Shown one piece after another: positions 16,731 to 25,537 of a stretch of DNA of 64,000 nt. The translations under genes were made by a program, and so were the position numbers. Numbering within the stretch: position 1 is the stretch's first letter; the number at the start of each line of letters is the position of its first letter. The notes beneath the pieces were generated by a model, which was not told the origin of the DNA, searched no databases, and worked only from the letters and a program-made list of their open reading frames with translations. Source of the DNA: Polyangiaceae bacterium (GTDB lineage: Bacteria; Myxococcota_A; Polyangia; Polyangiales; Polyangiaceae); assembly GCA_036272055.1 (NCBI GenBank), contig DATAZL010000054.1:33219-97218 (forward strand), written 5' to 3'.

Positions 16731-18259
16731 CAGGGCACCTTCGGTTCCGCGGGGGTCGCTGACGCCGGTGCCGGAGCAGGCGGCGGCGCCACAGCGGGCG
16801 GCGGCGCGGGGGTCGTCGCAGCGTCGGGCGGCGACGCCGGAACTGCGCCGCCGTCGGCCGGCGCGCGCGTGATCTGGAACTCGACGCGACGATTCAGGTA
16901 GAGGGCGCGCTCGTTCGATTTGTCGACGAGCAGATGCTCGGAGCCGAACCCGACGGCGTTGAGCCGTCCGTGGTCGACGCCTTGCTTCACCAGGAACTCG
17001 AGCACGCTGTTCGCGCGATCTTCGCTGAGCTTGCGGTTGTACTCGGCGGTGCCGCGCTGATCGGTGTGGCCCTGGACCTCGATGTGGATGTACTCGGGGT
17101 GCGCCTTCAGGAGGCGCGAGAGTCGCTCGAGGAGCGGGAAGCTCACCTCGCGAATACGGGCGTTGTTCTGCTCGAAATTCACGCGATCATCGAGCACGAT
17201 CTTCTGGCCCACGACGCGCACTTGCTCCTCGTCGGGACAGCCGTCCTCGTCGGCGTAGCCGTTCTTGGTCTCCGGCTCGTTCGGACAGAGATCTTCCTTG
17301 TCGGGGAGGCCGTCCTTGTCGTTGTCGGGATCGGGGCAGCCGTCGGAATCCTCGAAGCCGTCGACGTCCTCGGCTTCGTCCGGGCACCTGTCCTGCGCGT
17401 CCGGGATCCCGTCTTTGTCGTTGTCGGGATCGGGACAGCCGTCGGCGTCCTCGAAGCCGTCTCGATCTTCCGCGATGTCGGGACAATGATCGACGGAGTC
17501 GAGCACGCCGTCCTTGTCGTTGTCGGGATCGGGGCAGCCATCGCCGTCCTGGAAGCCGTCTCGATCTTCGGGCACGTCGGGGCAAGCGTCGACCTCGTCG
17601 AGGATCCCGTCGTGGTCGCGATCGAGCTCGACGGGGATGCGCGGGGCGGTGTCGTAGACCGCGTGAATGCCGAAGAGCAGGATGTTCGCGTCGTCGGGCC
17701 GGAGCTCACTGTCGGGCTGGAAGACGTGCATCAGGCCGACGGTGGGGCCGATGCCGTAGCGCCCTCGATCGAAGAGAAAGTCGTAACCCGTCTGAAGATC
17801 GGCGGCGGCGCGGAAGAGCCCACCGGTCGTCGTCGCACCGAAGTGACCCGACGCCCAGATCCCCGAAAGCTTGGTGGGCTTCGTCGGATCCTTCGACGCG
17901 AAGGGATGGGCCATGAGACCGAGCGCGCCGATCACCGCGTGCGCGCCACCCTCCGGCAGCAGTGCGGGGTCCCTCGGAGGATCGCCTTTCGCGAGCAGCA
18001 GCGTCGAGATCTGGAGATCGGCGCCGACCTGTCGGAGGAGCGGCAACTCTGCCGAGATCAGACCCGCTCCACCGAAGGAGAGTTCGCGTTCCTGAAAGCC
18101 GCCGAGCGCCTTGCCCACGTCGAGCGTGGCGTGGAGCCGGACGTTCTCGGCGCTCGCGCCGCGGCCGAACGAGAGGTACGCGCCGGCGACCGCAGCGAAC
18201 AGGGGAACGACGCGGAATTTTCTGCTGGTGCGCCGGGTGCTCGGAGAGAAGTGGAGCAT
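16730..18259 (-). CDS. OmpA-family outer-membrane protein with thrombospondin type-3 Ca-binding repeats
   Basis: 509-aa ORF. Repeated DxDxDGxxDxxDxCPD units (DRDHDGILDEVDACPD, DNDKDGVLDSVDHCPD and others). C-terminal OmpA domain: GHTDQRGTAEYNRKLSEDRANSV. Confidence 0.9.
   Translation of the reverse strand: MLHFSPSTRRTSRKFRVVPLFAAVAGAYLSFGRGASAENVRLHATLDVGKALGGFQERELSFGGAGLISAELPLLRQVGADLQISTLLLAKGDPPRDPALLPEGGAHAVIGALGLMAHPFASKDPTKPTKLSGIWASGHFGATTTGGLFRAAADLQTGYDFLFDRGRYGIGPTVGLMHVFQPDSELRPDDANILLFGIHAVYDTAPRIPVELDRDHDGILDEVDACPDVPEDRDGFQDGDGCPDPDNDKDGVLDSVDHCPDIAEDRDGFEDADGCPDPDNDKDGIPDAQDRCPDEAEDVDGFEDSDGCPDPDNDKDGLPDKEDLCPNEPETKNGYADEDGCPDEEQVRVVGQKIVLDDRVNFEQNNARIREVSFPLLERLSRLLKAHPEYIHIEVQGHTDQRGTAEYNRKLSEDRANSVLEFLVKQGVDHGRLNAVGFGSEHLLVDKSNERALYLNRRVEFQITRAPADGGAVPASPPDAATTPAPPPAVAPPPAPAPASATPAEPKVP
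17290..17590. repeat. 99-bp periodic coding repeat (TSP3 units)
   Basis: gtccttgtcgttgtcgggatcggggcagcc recurs at about 17312, 17411 and 17510. Confidence 0.75.
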
Positions 18260-18558
18260 TTACGGTGAGCGCCGCATTTGGTGACGCGTCGCGAAGAAGA
18301 GGCAAGCATCAGAATCGTCCAGTTCGCATCGCAAGTTAAGAGATGTTTAGATGGAAACGTGATTTTCGAGGCGCCGAGGTGGGGTAGTCTGGGCGTCGTC
18401 CGGGCGTCGATCCGGCCAGTGAGCCCGCGTGTCCGCGAGAGCACGTGCACGCGCAACACTCATGAAGACGAGGTCGGCCCGCACGCGTGGGACAGAGACA
18501 GACCGGAGCTGCGAGCCGCATCCTGGATTCCGATCGCTGTCGGACTAGTATTTTCGCC

Positions 18559-18978
18559 GTGACACGAAGACTTCTCGTTGCGCTTATCTTGGGCGGTTTA
18601 AGTTCTGTGTCCGTGGCCGCGTGCGACGACGGTCGGTGGGGCTACTACGGATACCGTCAGGGTGCTCATGGCCCCTACAGCTGCGAGCGGTTCACTTCGT
18701 GCGGCTCTTGCACGCCGGTCCTCGGGTGCGGCTGGTGTTCGTTCCAGGGCAGCGGCGCGTGCGTGAGCGACCCGGACCAGTGCGGCACCAATCAGTTCAG
18801 TTTCACGTGGGAGCCGAGCGGCTGCGGTCCCGGCGCGACCGCGTCCGATGGCGGCGCCACGTCGAGCGACGCTGCAGCACCGGTCGACGCCGCCGCACCG
18901 CCTTCGCCGAGCGACGCGCGCGCGCCCGCCGATGCCCGCGCCGACGGCCCCCAGAGCGACGCCCGCGCCGATCAATAG
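18559..18978 (+). CDS. Small secreted Cys-rich protein with a PSI (plexin-semaphorin-integrin)-like domain
   Basis: In-frame GTG at 18559 gives VTRRLLVALILGGLSSVSVAAC (the ORF also opens at 18487). It has 8 Cys in the pattern CERFTSCGSCTPVLGCGWCSFQGSGACVSDPDQCG...SGCG, followed by an Ala/Asp/Pro-rich tail. Confidence 0.65.
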   Translation: MTRRLLVALILGGLSSVSVAACDDGRWGYYGYRQGAHGPYSCERFTSCGSCTPVLGCGWCSFQGSGACVSDPDQCGTNQFSFTWEPSGCGPGATASDGGATSSDAAAPVDAAAPPSPSDARAPADARADGPQSDARADQ

Positions 18979-19184
18979 GGCGCCGCTCGCGTCCACGATG
19001 GGAGCGAGCAAGCGCGAGGCCGACCCCGCGAATCATCGAGGCGTCATTGGGAACGCCGCATCTCTGTCCTTCGCGCCGCGCGACGCGTGCTCGAGGGACG
19101 CCCAGAGAATAACAGGATTTCGCGCCGGCTCGAGAACGGATTTCGCCCGGAGCGCGGGCCGGATCGGCCTTCGTGAGACGACTC

Positions 19185-19586
19185 TCAGCCGCCGCGCAGG
19201 TGCTCCCACGCCGCTTCCAGAGAGTCGACGATCTCGAGGGGAACCTGCGCCGTCTGACCGAGCCTTTCGGAGCGGATCTTGCCTAGCGGCGTCTCCACGA
19301 CCACGACGATCCGCGAGAATCCTCGCTCCACCTCGGTCCGATACCTGGCGAACGCAGGTTCGAGCGAAGGGTCCGCGCGCACGGGTGCCGCCCGGTTGTC
19401 GACCAGCAATCCGTACCCGCTGCGCCGCTCGAGCGGCAAGGCCTTCGCCAGCGCCTCGATGGTCCCCTCGACGTCGGAAACGCGGACGAACGGGGCGTTC
19501 GTTCTCCGGACCAGGACGACCCTTTCCGTGTAGTACATCTCAAGCTCCAGGAACGGAGTCTTGAGGACGGTCGTCGGTCGACTCAT
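19185..19586 (-). CDS. Hypothetical protein (133 aa)
   Basis: Only the last 133 codons of the 379-aa track ORF look protein-like (MSRPTTVLKTPFLELEMYYTERVVLVRR...). The upstream part is Arg/Gly-rich and antisense to a recognisable gene. Confidence 0.6.
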   Translation of the reverse strand: MSRPTTVLKTPFLELEMYYTERVVLVRRTNAPFVRVSDVEGTIEALAKALPLERRSGYGLLVDNRAAPVRADPSLEPAFARYRTEVERGFSRIVVVVETPLGKIRSERLGQTAQVPLEIVDSLEAAWEHLRGG

Positions 19587-19625
19587 CGGAGAGCACCAGG
19601 CTCGCACATCCGCAGCTGGACGAAA

Positions 19626-20147
19626 ATGGTCCGAAATACCGCACCCGGCTCGGACGGAGCCTTCGCCGGCAGGATCCTCAAGGTGGGCATCAACCCGTAC
19701 CTGCGGGTGCCCGCGAAGGTCCTTGCGAGCGTCCTTGAAAAGGCGGGGCGCGACCGCGGCCCCATCCCCGTGAAGGGCACGCTGAACGGCACCCGCTTTC
19801 GTCAGACGCTCGTGAAACACCAGGGCATATGGCGCCTCTACCTGAATACTCCGATGCGACAGCGCGCCGGCCTCGAGCTCGGGGATGTCGCGGCGGTCAC
19901 GCTCGTGTACGACGCTCGCCCGCCGAAGACCCCGATGAACGCGGCTCTGGCAGCGGCCATCACCGAGAACGCCGCCGCCCGCGACGCTTTCGAGGCACTG
20001 ACGCCGTCGCACAAGAAAGAGATCCTCCGGTATCTGAACTCGATGAAGACCGAGGCGTCGCTCGCGCGGAACGTCGAGAACGTGCTCCGCCATCTCACCG
20101 GCAAGCGCCCGCACGGAATTCACGCCGTCCTGCGCGTCAAAGGCTGA
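19626..20147 (+). CDS. DUF1905 / YdeI-like domain protein
   Basis: 173-aa ORF. The DUF1905-like part is KVGINPYLRVPAKVL...GPIPVKGTLNGTRFRQTLV. The C-terminal YdeI-like part is FEALTPSHKKEILRYLNSMKTEASLARNVENVL. Confidence 0.8.
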   Translation: MVRNTAPGSDGAFAGRILKVGINPYLRVPAKVLASVLEKAGRDRGPIPVKGTLNGTRFRQTLVKHQGIWRLYLNTPMRQRAGLELGDVAAVTLVYDARPPKTPMNAALAAAITENAAARDAFEALTPSHKKEILRYLNSMKTEASLARNVENVLRHLTGKRPHGIHAVLRVKG

Positions 20148-20165
20148 CGCCTGCGCCCCGCGACG

Positions 20166-21332
20166 ATGAAGCGATTCATGACGCCGGCGCGGTCTGCCTT
20201 GCTCGCGACGCTTGCCGTCGCCGTGGTGCTCGGAGCTTGTAACCGCGGGCGCTCCTCGCCGTCGGGCGCCGCGAGCGCCAGTGCGCAGGCGAGCCACGGC
20301 GCGCTCGCGGCGCCGAGCGCGCATCCGGCGTTACCGTCGTTGCCGAGCGCGGCGCCCGAACTGCCGGCGAGCACCGAGCGCGGCCGCGAGCTCTACGGTC
20401 GCATGTGCGCCGTCTGTCACGGCGCGAACGGGGAAGGGTACCGCGCGGACGGCGCGCCCACGCTGTCGCAGCCGGCGTATCTCGCCTCCGTCAGTGACGA
20501 CTTTCTCGACTTTGCCATCGCGATCGGGCGACCGCGCACGACCATGGCGGCGTGGCGAACCGACCAGGGCGGTCCGCTCTCGGCGTGGGACATCAAATCC
20601 GTCATCGCCTTCTTGCGCACCTGGCAAGGGCCGCCAGTGAAGCTCGACGAAGGGTACGTCCACGGAGACGCCGTGCGCGGCAAGGCTCTGTTCGTGAAGG
20701 AGTGCGAGAGCTGCCACGGAGCGAAGGCCAAGAACGTCCATATCCTTTCCCGTCAGTGGCTGACCTTCGCGAAGACGCCGTTCATCCGCTATGCGATCGC
20801 GAACGGCCGGCCCTCGACACCGATGAAAGCCTTCTCGGCTTCTCTCGGCGCGGACAGGATCGAGGAAATCCTCGGCTACATGCGAAGCTTGCCGGCATGG
20901 CTCGCGCCGGGAGAAGTGGCGGGCTCCATTCGGCCGCCGCCGATCCCACTCGGTCCGGTCCCGTTGAACCCGAAGGGACCAGCGCCCGTCGGGTTCCGGC
21001 CGTATCCCGCGATGACGCCACTCAGCGTCATCTGGCGCGAGCTACAGCGCCACGCGCGCATCGGTATCCTCGATGCGCGCACGTCTTCCGACTACACGAC
21101 GCTACACATCGAGGGCGCGGTCAGCGTGCCCTTCTATGATCCTTCCCCGTACCTCGACGACCTGCCGAGACGCGAGTGGCTCGTTTGCTACTGCGGTTGC
21201 CCGCACTCGGAATCCGGCGCGCTCGCGCAGCAGCTCCTCAACGCGGGCTTCACCAAGGTGACCGTCCTCGACGAGGGCTTCGGCGCGTGGACCGCCGCGG
21301 GACATCCGACGCGCAACGGCCAGACGCCCTGA
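20166..21332 (+). CDS. Dihaem c-type cytochrome fused to a C-terminal rhodanese domain
   Basis: 388-aa ORF with a signal peptide and two CxxCH motifs (CAVCHG, CESCHG). C-terminal rhodanese: ILDARTSSDYTTLHIEGAVSVPFY...VCYCGCPHSESGALAQQL...VTVLDEGFGAW. Confidence 0.85.
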   Translation: MKRFMTPARSALLATLAVAVVLGACNRGRSSPSGAASASAQASHGALAAPSAHPALPSLPSAAPELPASTERGRELYGRMCAVCHGANGEGYRADGAPTLSQPAYLASVSDDFLDFAIAIGRPRTTMAAWRTDQGGPLSAWDIKSVIAFLRTWQGPPVKLDEGYVHGDAVRGKALFVKECESCHGAKAKNVHILSRQWLTFAKTPFIRYAIANGRPSTPMKAFSASLGADRIEEILGYMRSLPAWLAPGEVAGSIRPPPIPLGPVPLNPKGPAPVGFRPYPAMTPLSVIWRELQRHARIGILDARTSSDYTTLHIEGAVSVPFYDPSPYLDDLPRREWLVCYCGCPHSESGALAQQLLNAGFTKVTVLDEGFGAWTAAGHPTRNGQTP

Positions 21333-21336
21333 GTAA

Positions 21337-21352
21337 GACCACCTGAGTGGTC
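21337..21352. terminator. Short hairpin between convergent genes (candidate bidirectional terminator)
   Basis: GACCAC-CTGA-GTGGTC, 5 nt after the stop at 21332 and 6 nt before the stop at 21358. No U-tract. Confidence 0.35.
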
Positions 21353-21357
21353 GCTGT

Positions 21358-21726
21358 TCAGCCGGTTTTCGCGCCGCGACGTACGAGCTCCATCAGGGCT
21401 CGATCGAAGGTCGCGCGCTTCTCCGTCTGGAGCTCGGTCCGTGCGGCCTCTGCCTGCGCTTTCTCTTCTGTCTGCTTGGCCTTGTGGCGCTCTTTTGCGG
21501 CCTTGTACGCTTCACGGCGCTGCTTCTTCGCAGCCTCTTTCATGGCCTGGTAGCGCGGGTCGGCGGCGCGGGCGGCCTTCTGCTTGAGATAGGCCTCTCG
21601 CCGGAACTCTTTCGCGCGCTCGCGCTGCTGAGCGGCCCGGGTGGCGGCAGCTGCGCTGCTGCTGCCACTCCCGCTCTTACTGCCGCTCTCGTTGCTGCTG
21701 CCGTTACCCTTGCGTGTTCCGAACAT
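21358..21726 (-). CDS. Small highly charged Lys/Ala/Glu/Arg-rich protein
   Basis: 122-aa ORF with a Ser/Gly-rich N-terminus followed by an AKEFRREAYLKQKAARAADPRYQAMKEAAKKQRREAYKAAKERHKAKQTEEK helix-like tract. It lies 7 nt downstream of the preceding gene. Confidence 0.55.
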   Translation of the reverse strand: MFGTRKGNGSSNESGSKSGSGSSSAAAATRAAQQRERAKEFRREAYLKQKAARAADPRYQAMKEAAKKQRREAYKAAKERHKAKQTEEKAQAEAARTELQTEKRATFDRALMELVRRGAKTG

Positions 21727-21732
21727 TGCTCA

Positions 21733-22026
21733 TCATCCCCACGACGATCGCTCGTCACGGTCGGCCATTGCTTGAACGAGCGCACGTTCCAGAGAAGAGA
21801 CGATGGGGTGGTCGAGCGCCTTGGCACGGAGACGAACCCCGTCCCACTTGCCCTGGGCGACGGGGGCCCAGGTTGAAGTACCGGCAACGCGGCGGGAGAT
21901 GGCCACGATGGAGCCGAGACCGGCGTCGACGCGGTACTCGAGGTCTTCGACCTGGACCTCGGCGACGGGCGCCCCTTCGTAACTGACGGAGTCGCCGTCC
22001 AGAGGAGCGGGCTCAGCGATTTTCAT
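21733..22026 (-). CDS. Hypothetical protein (97 aa)
   Basis: 97-aa ORF with balanced composition. No family recognised. Confidence 0.5.
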   Translation of the reverse strand: MKIAEPAPLDGDSVSYEGAPVAEVQVEDLEYRVDAGLGSIVAISRRVAGTSTWAPVAQGKWDGVRLRAKALDHPIVSSLERALVQAMADRDERSSWG

Positions 22027-22091
22027 GGGATAGCGGCCTTTCTCGTACTGAATGCGAGTTCAGTATACCGCCTCCAATCACGAACACAAGC

Positions 22092-23711
22092 TCAGCGTGC
22101 GCGCACGAAGTCCTGGCGGCCTTCCCAGACCTGGTTCTTGCCGTGCTGCTGCGTGAAGAAGGCGCGCGCGGTGAACGGATTCTGCAGTGTGCCCTGCATG
22201 CCGAGGATGCCGTCGGAGCCGTCCGACACGTGGAGCCCGGTCGGCTCGTTGTCGCCCTCGTTCTGATAGCCGGGGACATCGGCGAGCGCGACGTCGTCAA
22301 GGCTCGCCGTATCGCGACCGACTGCGACGAACCGCCGCGGCGCCGTCGGGCCGCCGAGGACGTTGAAGGCCCAGATCGAATCGAGCCGGTTCAGCTGGGC
22401 GTGGAGGCCGTCTCCGCGGTCTTCCGTCGCGAGCAGCGTGCCCGATTCGGCGAAGGCGAGGTTGTCGAACGACGAATGAGCGGCATCGCCGACCACGACG
22501 ACGGAGAGCTTGCCGGACTCCGCGCCGTTCCTGATGTCGACCCGGAAGATGGAGCCCCAGGCGCCGCGCGCTGCGAGCGCCGGTTGATTGCCCGAGTCGG
22601 CGTTGGTGTCTCCGGTCGGGCAGAAGAAGAACGTCTGGAAGTCGGTGCCGGGCTGGTACTGCGCGTTCTCGGGACGCTTGAAGGGGCTCGCGCCCGCTGC
22701 TTTCGCGGCGACGTTCGCGTCGAAGGCGGCGAAGCCGTCGACCGCGCTATCGTGGATCGTGACCCAGCGAACGGGCCACGACGTTCCCGGCGTGTGCAGA
22801 GAGAGCTGTGCGACGGAGAACGTGTCGCCGACCGGGTCGTCGGCGTGGAACGTGATCGGCGTGCCGTCGACCGTGACCTGAAGAGCTTGAAGCTTGCCGC
22901 CCTTCGACAGATCGAACGGCGTCGTCGGCAAGAGCCGGTAGACGAACGAGTTCGGCTGCTTCGCCGCGATGGGGCTGTCGTCGTTCGACGGATCGACGTT
23001 GACGACGACGTCGTCCGAGTCCTCGACGATGAGGACGTTGCCACGGTTGTCGGGGTGAATGCCCTCGAAGCCGGCCTTGCCGAAGACGCCGTCGAGAGTG
23101 CGGAGGTGCGGTGGCCACGTCGAGGCGATCTCGATCACGCCGCCCTGGTCGTCGTCCTCCTGGGTGAACAGCATCGTTCGCGTGAACGGGTCGAACGCCG
23201 AGCCATCGATGTCGTTGAAGTGCGTGAGGCCGTCAACGCCGACCGGAGTGAGAAGGGTGATCCGGTGAGCCGGATCGCGTACGTCGAGGTTGATGCGAGT
23301 GACGAATGCGAGATCCGCGGCGTTCTCGTGGCCCTGAAAGAGGAAGTGATGGCCGTAGTCGTAACCCGGCGTCGGGCCGCCTGGATCGCGGCGGAACGCG
23401 AGATAAGCGTTCTGATCGGGCTCGGTCTTCGTCGCCTCGACGGGCTCGGGCGGAAAGTCGTTCAGATAGCCGAAGCTCGTGATGACGCCCGAGGGGTTCT
23501 CGAGCGGATCGGTGCCCTGAGCGACGAGGGAGAGCGAGAAGGTCGGGGCGACGACGTTCGCGGGCGTACCGGCACGCTGGTTTGCCGCCGGGACGCCGAA
23601 GGCGAACCAGCCGAGAAAAGCGGCGCGGGCCGTCACGCCGACGGTCACGACGGCGAGGGCTCCCCCACAAATCAGGAAAGCCTTGCGAGAGAAGAGCGAG
23701 CGACGTGACAT
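22092..23711 (-). CDS. Tat-secreted beta-propeller protein, PhoX/DUF839-like (putative phosphatase)
   Basis: ATG at 23711 is preceded by GGAGG. Twin-arginine leader MSRRSLFSRKAFLICGGALAV. The C-terminal SFDNLAFAESGTLLATEDRGDG resembles PhoX/DUF839, but the family call is from memory. Confidence 0.65.
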   Translation of the reverse strand: MSRRSLFSRKAFLICGGALAVVTVGVTARAAFLGWFAFGVPAANQRAGTPANVVAPTFSLSLVAQGTDPLENPSGVITSFGYLNDFPPEPVEATKTEPDQNAYLAFRRDPGGPTPGYDYGHHFLFQGHENAADLAFVTRINLDVRDPAHRITLLTPVGVDGLTHFNDIDGSAFDPFTRTMLFTQEDDDQGGVIEIASTWPPHLRTLDGVFGKAGFEGIHPDNRGNVLIVEDSDDVVVNVDPSNDDSPIAAKQPNSFVYRLLPTTPFDLSKGGKLQALQVTVDGTPITFHADDPVGDTFSVAQLSLHTPGTSWPVRWVTIHDSAVDGFAAFDANVAAKAAGASPFKRPENAQYQPGTDFQTFFFCPTGDTNADSGNQPALAARGAWGSIFRVDIRNGAESGKLSVVVVGDAAHSSFDNLAFAESGTLLATEDRGDGLHAQLNRLDSIWAFNVLGGPTAPRRFVAVGRDTASLDDVALADVPGYQNEGDNEPTGLHVSDGSDGILGMQGTLQNPFTARAFFTQQHGKNQVWEGRQDFVRAR

Positions 23712-23902
23712 CGGGAAACCTCCGCGGGAAAGACGGTGTAATCGCCCGCGCACGCGAGAAAAGCTCACCGGCGCTCGCGAGACCGGAATAGCTGTAGACG
23801 GCGCGGGTCTCGATCCTGCGTCTCGTTGGAAAAGAACTCGTCAATGTTGCGTGACAACATGCCCCATGGCGGCTCGCGCCGACGGCACCACAAGATGCCC
23901 AA

Positions 23903-24619
23903 GTGACGCCGACTCGCTTGCGACGGATTTCTTTTCGCAGCGTCCTCGTTCTCGTCACATTGCTGACCACTGGACCGGTCGCATCTGCCGCCGACGATTG
24001 CACCCGGGTTCGCGACGTCGACGCGCGGTATCGCCGTATCCTCGGGGTGTTCGAGCGCGGCGAATCATCGGCCAAGGTGTGGTGGTACGGATGGACGGGC
24101 GGCTACGTCGCCGCGACGGTCGGCCAAGGTGTCCTCGGCGCAGTGACGCACGACCGCGGGACACGCATCGACTCGATCGTCGGAGCCGCGGAGTCCGCGG
24201 TAGGCGTCGCGGGCATGCTGCTCGCTGTTCCGAAGACACCGATGTGGGCCGCGGGCGAGCTCACGTCGATGGACGGCAGCACGCCGTGTGCGCGCCTTCA
24301 CCGATTGCGGCGCGCCGAGAAGCTCCTCGAGAAGAGCGCCGACGAGGAAGCGCAGGCGCGCTCGTGGTTCTCGCAGCTCCTCGGTGGCGCGATCAACCTG
24401 GCGGCGCCGATCGTGCTCTGGGCGGGCTACAAGCGGTACGCATCGGGCTGGTACACGCTCGGCCCGGGCCTCGCCGTGCAAGAGGCGCAGATCCTCACCC
24501 AGCCGGTGGCCGCTCTCGCGGCGTGGAACTCGTACGAGCGCGAGTATCGTGCGCCGAAGCAGGCGTCGTGGACGATCGCACCGCAGTTCGGCGGCGCGTC
24601 GATCGTCGGCACGTTCTGA
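23903..24619 (+). CDS. Hypothetical secreted/membrane protein
   Basis: 238-aa ORF with signal peptide SVLVLVTLLTTGPVASA and several hydrophobic Gly-rich segments. Confidence 0.6.
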   Translation: MTPTRLRRISFRSVLVLVTLLTTGPVASAADDCTRVRDVDARYRRILGVFERGESSAKVWWYGWTGGYVAATVGQGVLGAVTHDRGTRIDSIVGAAESAVGVAGMLLAVPKTPMWAAGELTSMDGSTPCARLHRLRRAEKLLEKSADEEAQARSWFSQLLGGAINLAAPIVLWAGYKRYASGWYTLGPGLAVQEAQILTQPVAALAAWNSYEREYRAPKQASWTIAPQFGGASIVGTF

Positions 24620-24629
24620 GACTGCGCGG

Positions 24630-25475
24630 TCAGGCCGTCCAGCGTTCGCTCTCGACGAAGAGCCGCTCCGCGAGCTCGGCGTCACGGGCGAGGGGACTCG
24701 GCTCCTTGGTGCGGCACTCGTCGTAGTAGAGCCCGGTCTGCCCGGCGACGTCGGGCGACGTCGCGCAATAGAGCGTCGTCTTCGCGCCCTCCTCCGTCGA
24801 GATCATGCGCATCTTGATGAGGGGGCGGATCGGCCACGGTACCTTGCGCCAGACGTCGGACGCGATGACGCCGGGATGGAGCGCGTACGTGTTGATGCCC
24901 CTGTCGGCGAGGCGTTTTGCGAGGGCCACGGTGAAGAGCACGTTGGCGAGCTTCGACACTTCGTATTCCGGGACGGCCGTGATGGTGCGGGTGGGCTTCT
25001 GCAACGAATCCCACGGGAACCCGCCCTTCACGTCGTAGTGGGCCTTGCTCGACACGTTCACGACGCGACCCGGAGCGGATTGCTCGAGCCGTTCGCGCAG
25101 AAGCGACGTGAGCAGGAAATGACCGACGTGGTTGACGCCGAACGTGACCTCGAACCCGGACTTCGACATTCCACGGACACCGGCCATGCCGGCGTTGTTG
25201 ATGAGCAGATGCAGCGGCGCGCCGGTGTCGAGGAAGGCCTTCGCGGCGCCGCGGACCGACGTGAGATCGCCCAGGTCGAGGGGCAATACCTCCACCGTCG
25301 CGCCCGTATCTCGCCGGATCGACTCCACCGCCGGCCCGGCGCGCTCCTTCGACCGACAGGCGATGAAGACGCGAGCGCCGCGACCCGCGAGCTCCCGCGC
25401 CGTGACGAGGCCGATGCCCGTGTTGGCCCCGGTGATCAGCGCAACCCGTCCGTCCAGATCTCGTTCGCGGCTCAT
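24630..25475 (-). CDS. Short-chain dehydrogenase/reductase (retinol-dehydrogenase-like)
   Basis: Contains ALITGANTGIGLVTAREL (TGxxxGxG), NNAG and the YEVSK (YxxxK) catalytic motif. Confidence 0.9.
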   Translation of the reverse strand: MSRERDLDGRVALITGANTGIGLVTARELAGRGARVFIACRSKERAGPAVESIRRDTGATVEVLPLDLGDLTSVRGAAKAFLDTGAPLHLLINNAGMAGVRGMSKSGFEVTFGVNHVGHFLLTSLLRERLEQSAPGRVVNVSSKAHYDVKGGFPWDSLQKPTRTITAVPEYEVSKLANVLFTVALAKRLADRGINTYALHPGVIASDVWRKVPWPIRPLIKMRMISTEEGAKTTLYCATSPDVAGQTGLYYDECRTKEPSPLARDAELAERLFVESERWTA

Positions 25476-25537
25476 GTGATCCGGGAACGTAAGGTGCTCG
25501 CCCCGGATCGTCCAGCCGGGAGGACGGATCGCCGCAG

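Noticed and set aside
19185-20324. 379-aa ORF taken at full length
   Set aside because: The upstream 246 codons are antisense to the DUF1905/YdeI and cytochrome genes and look like non-coding translation. Only the last 133 codons, from the ATG at 19586, are plausible.
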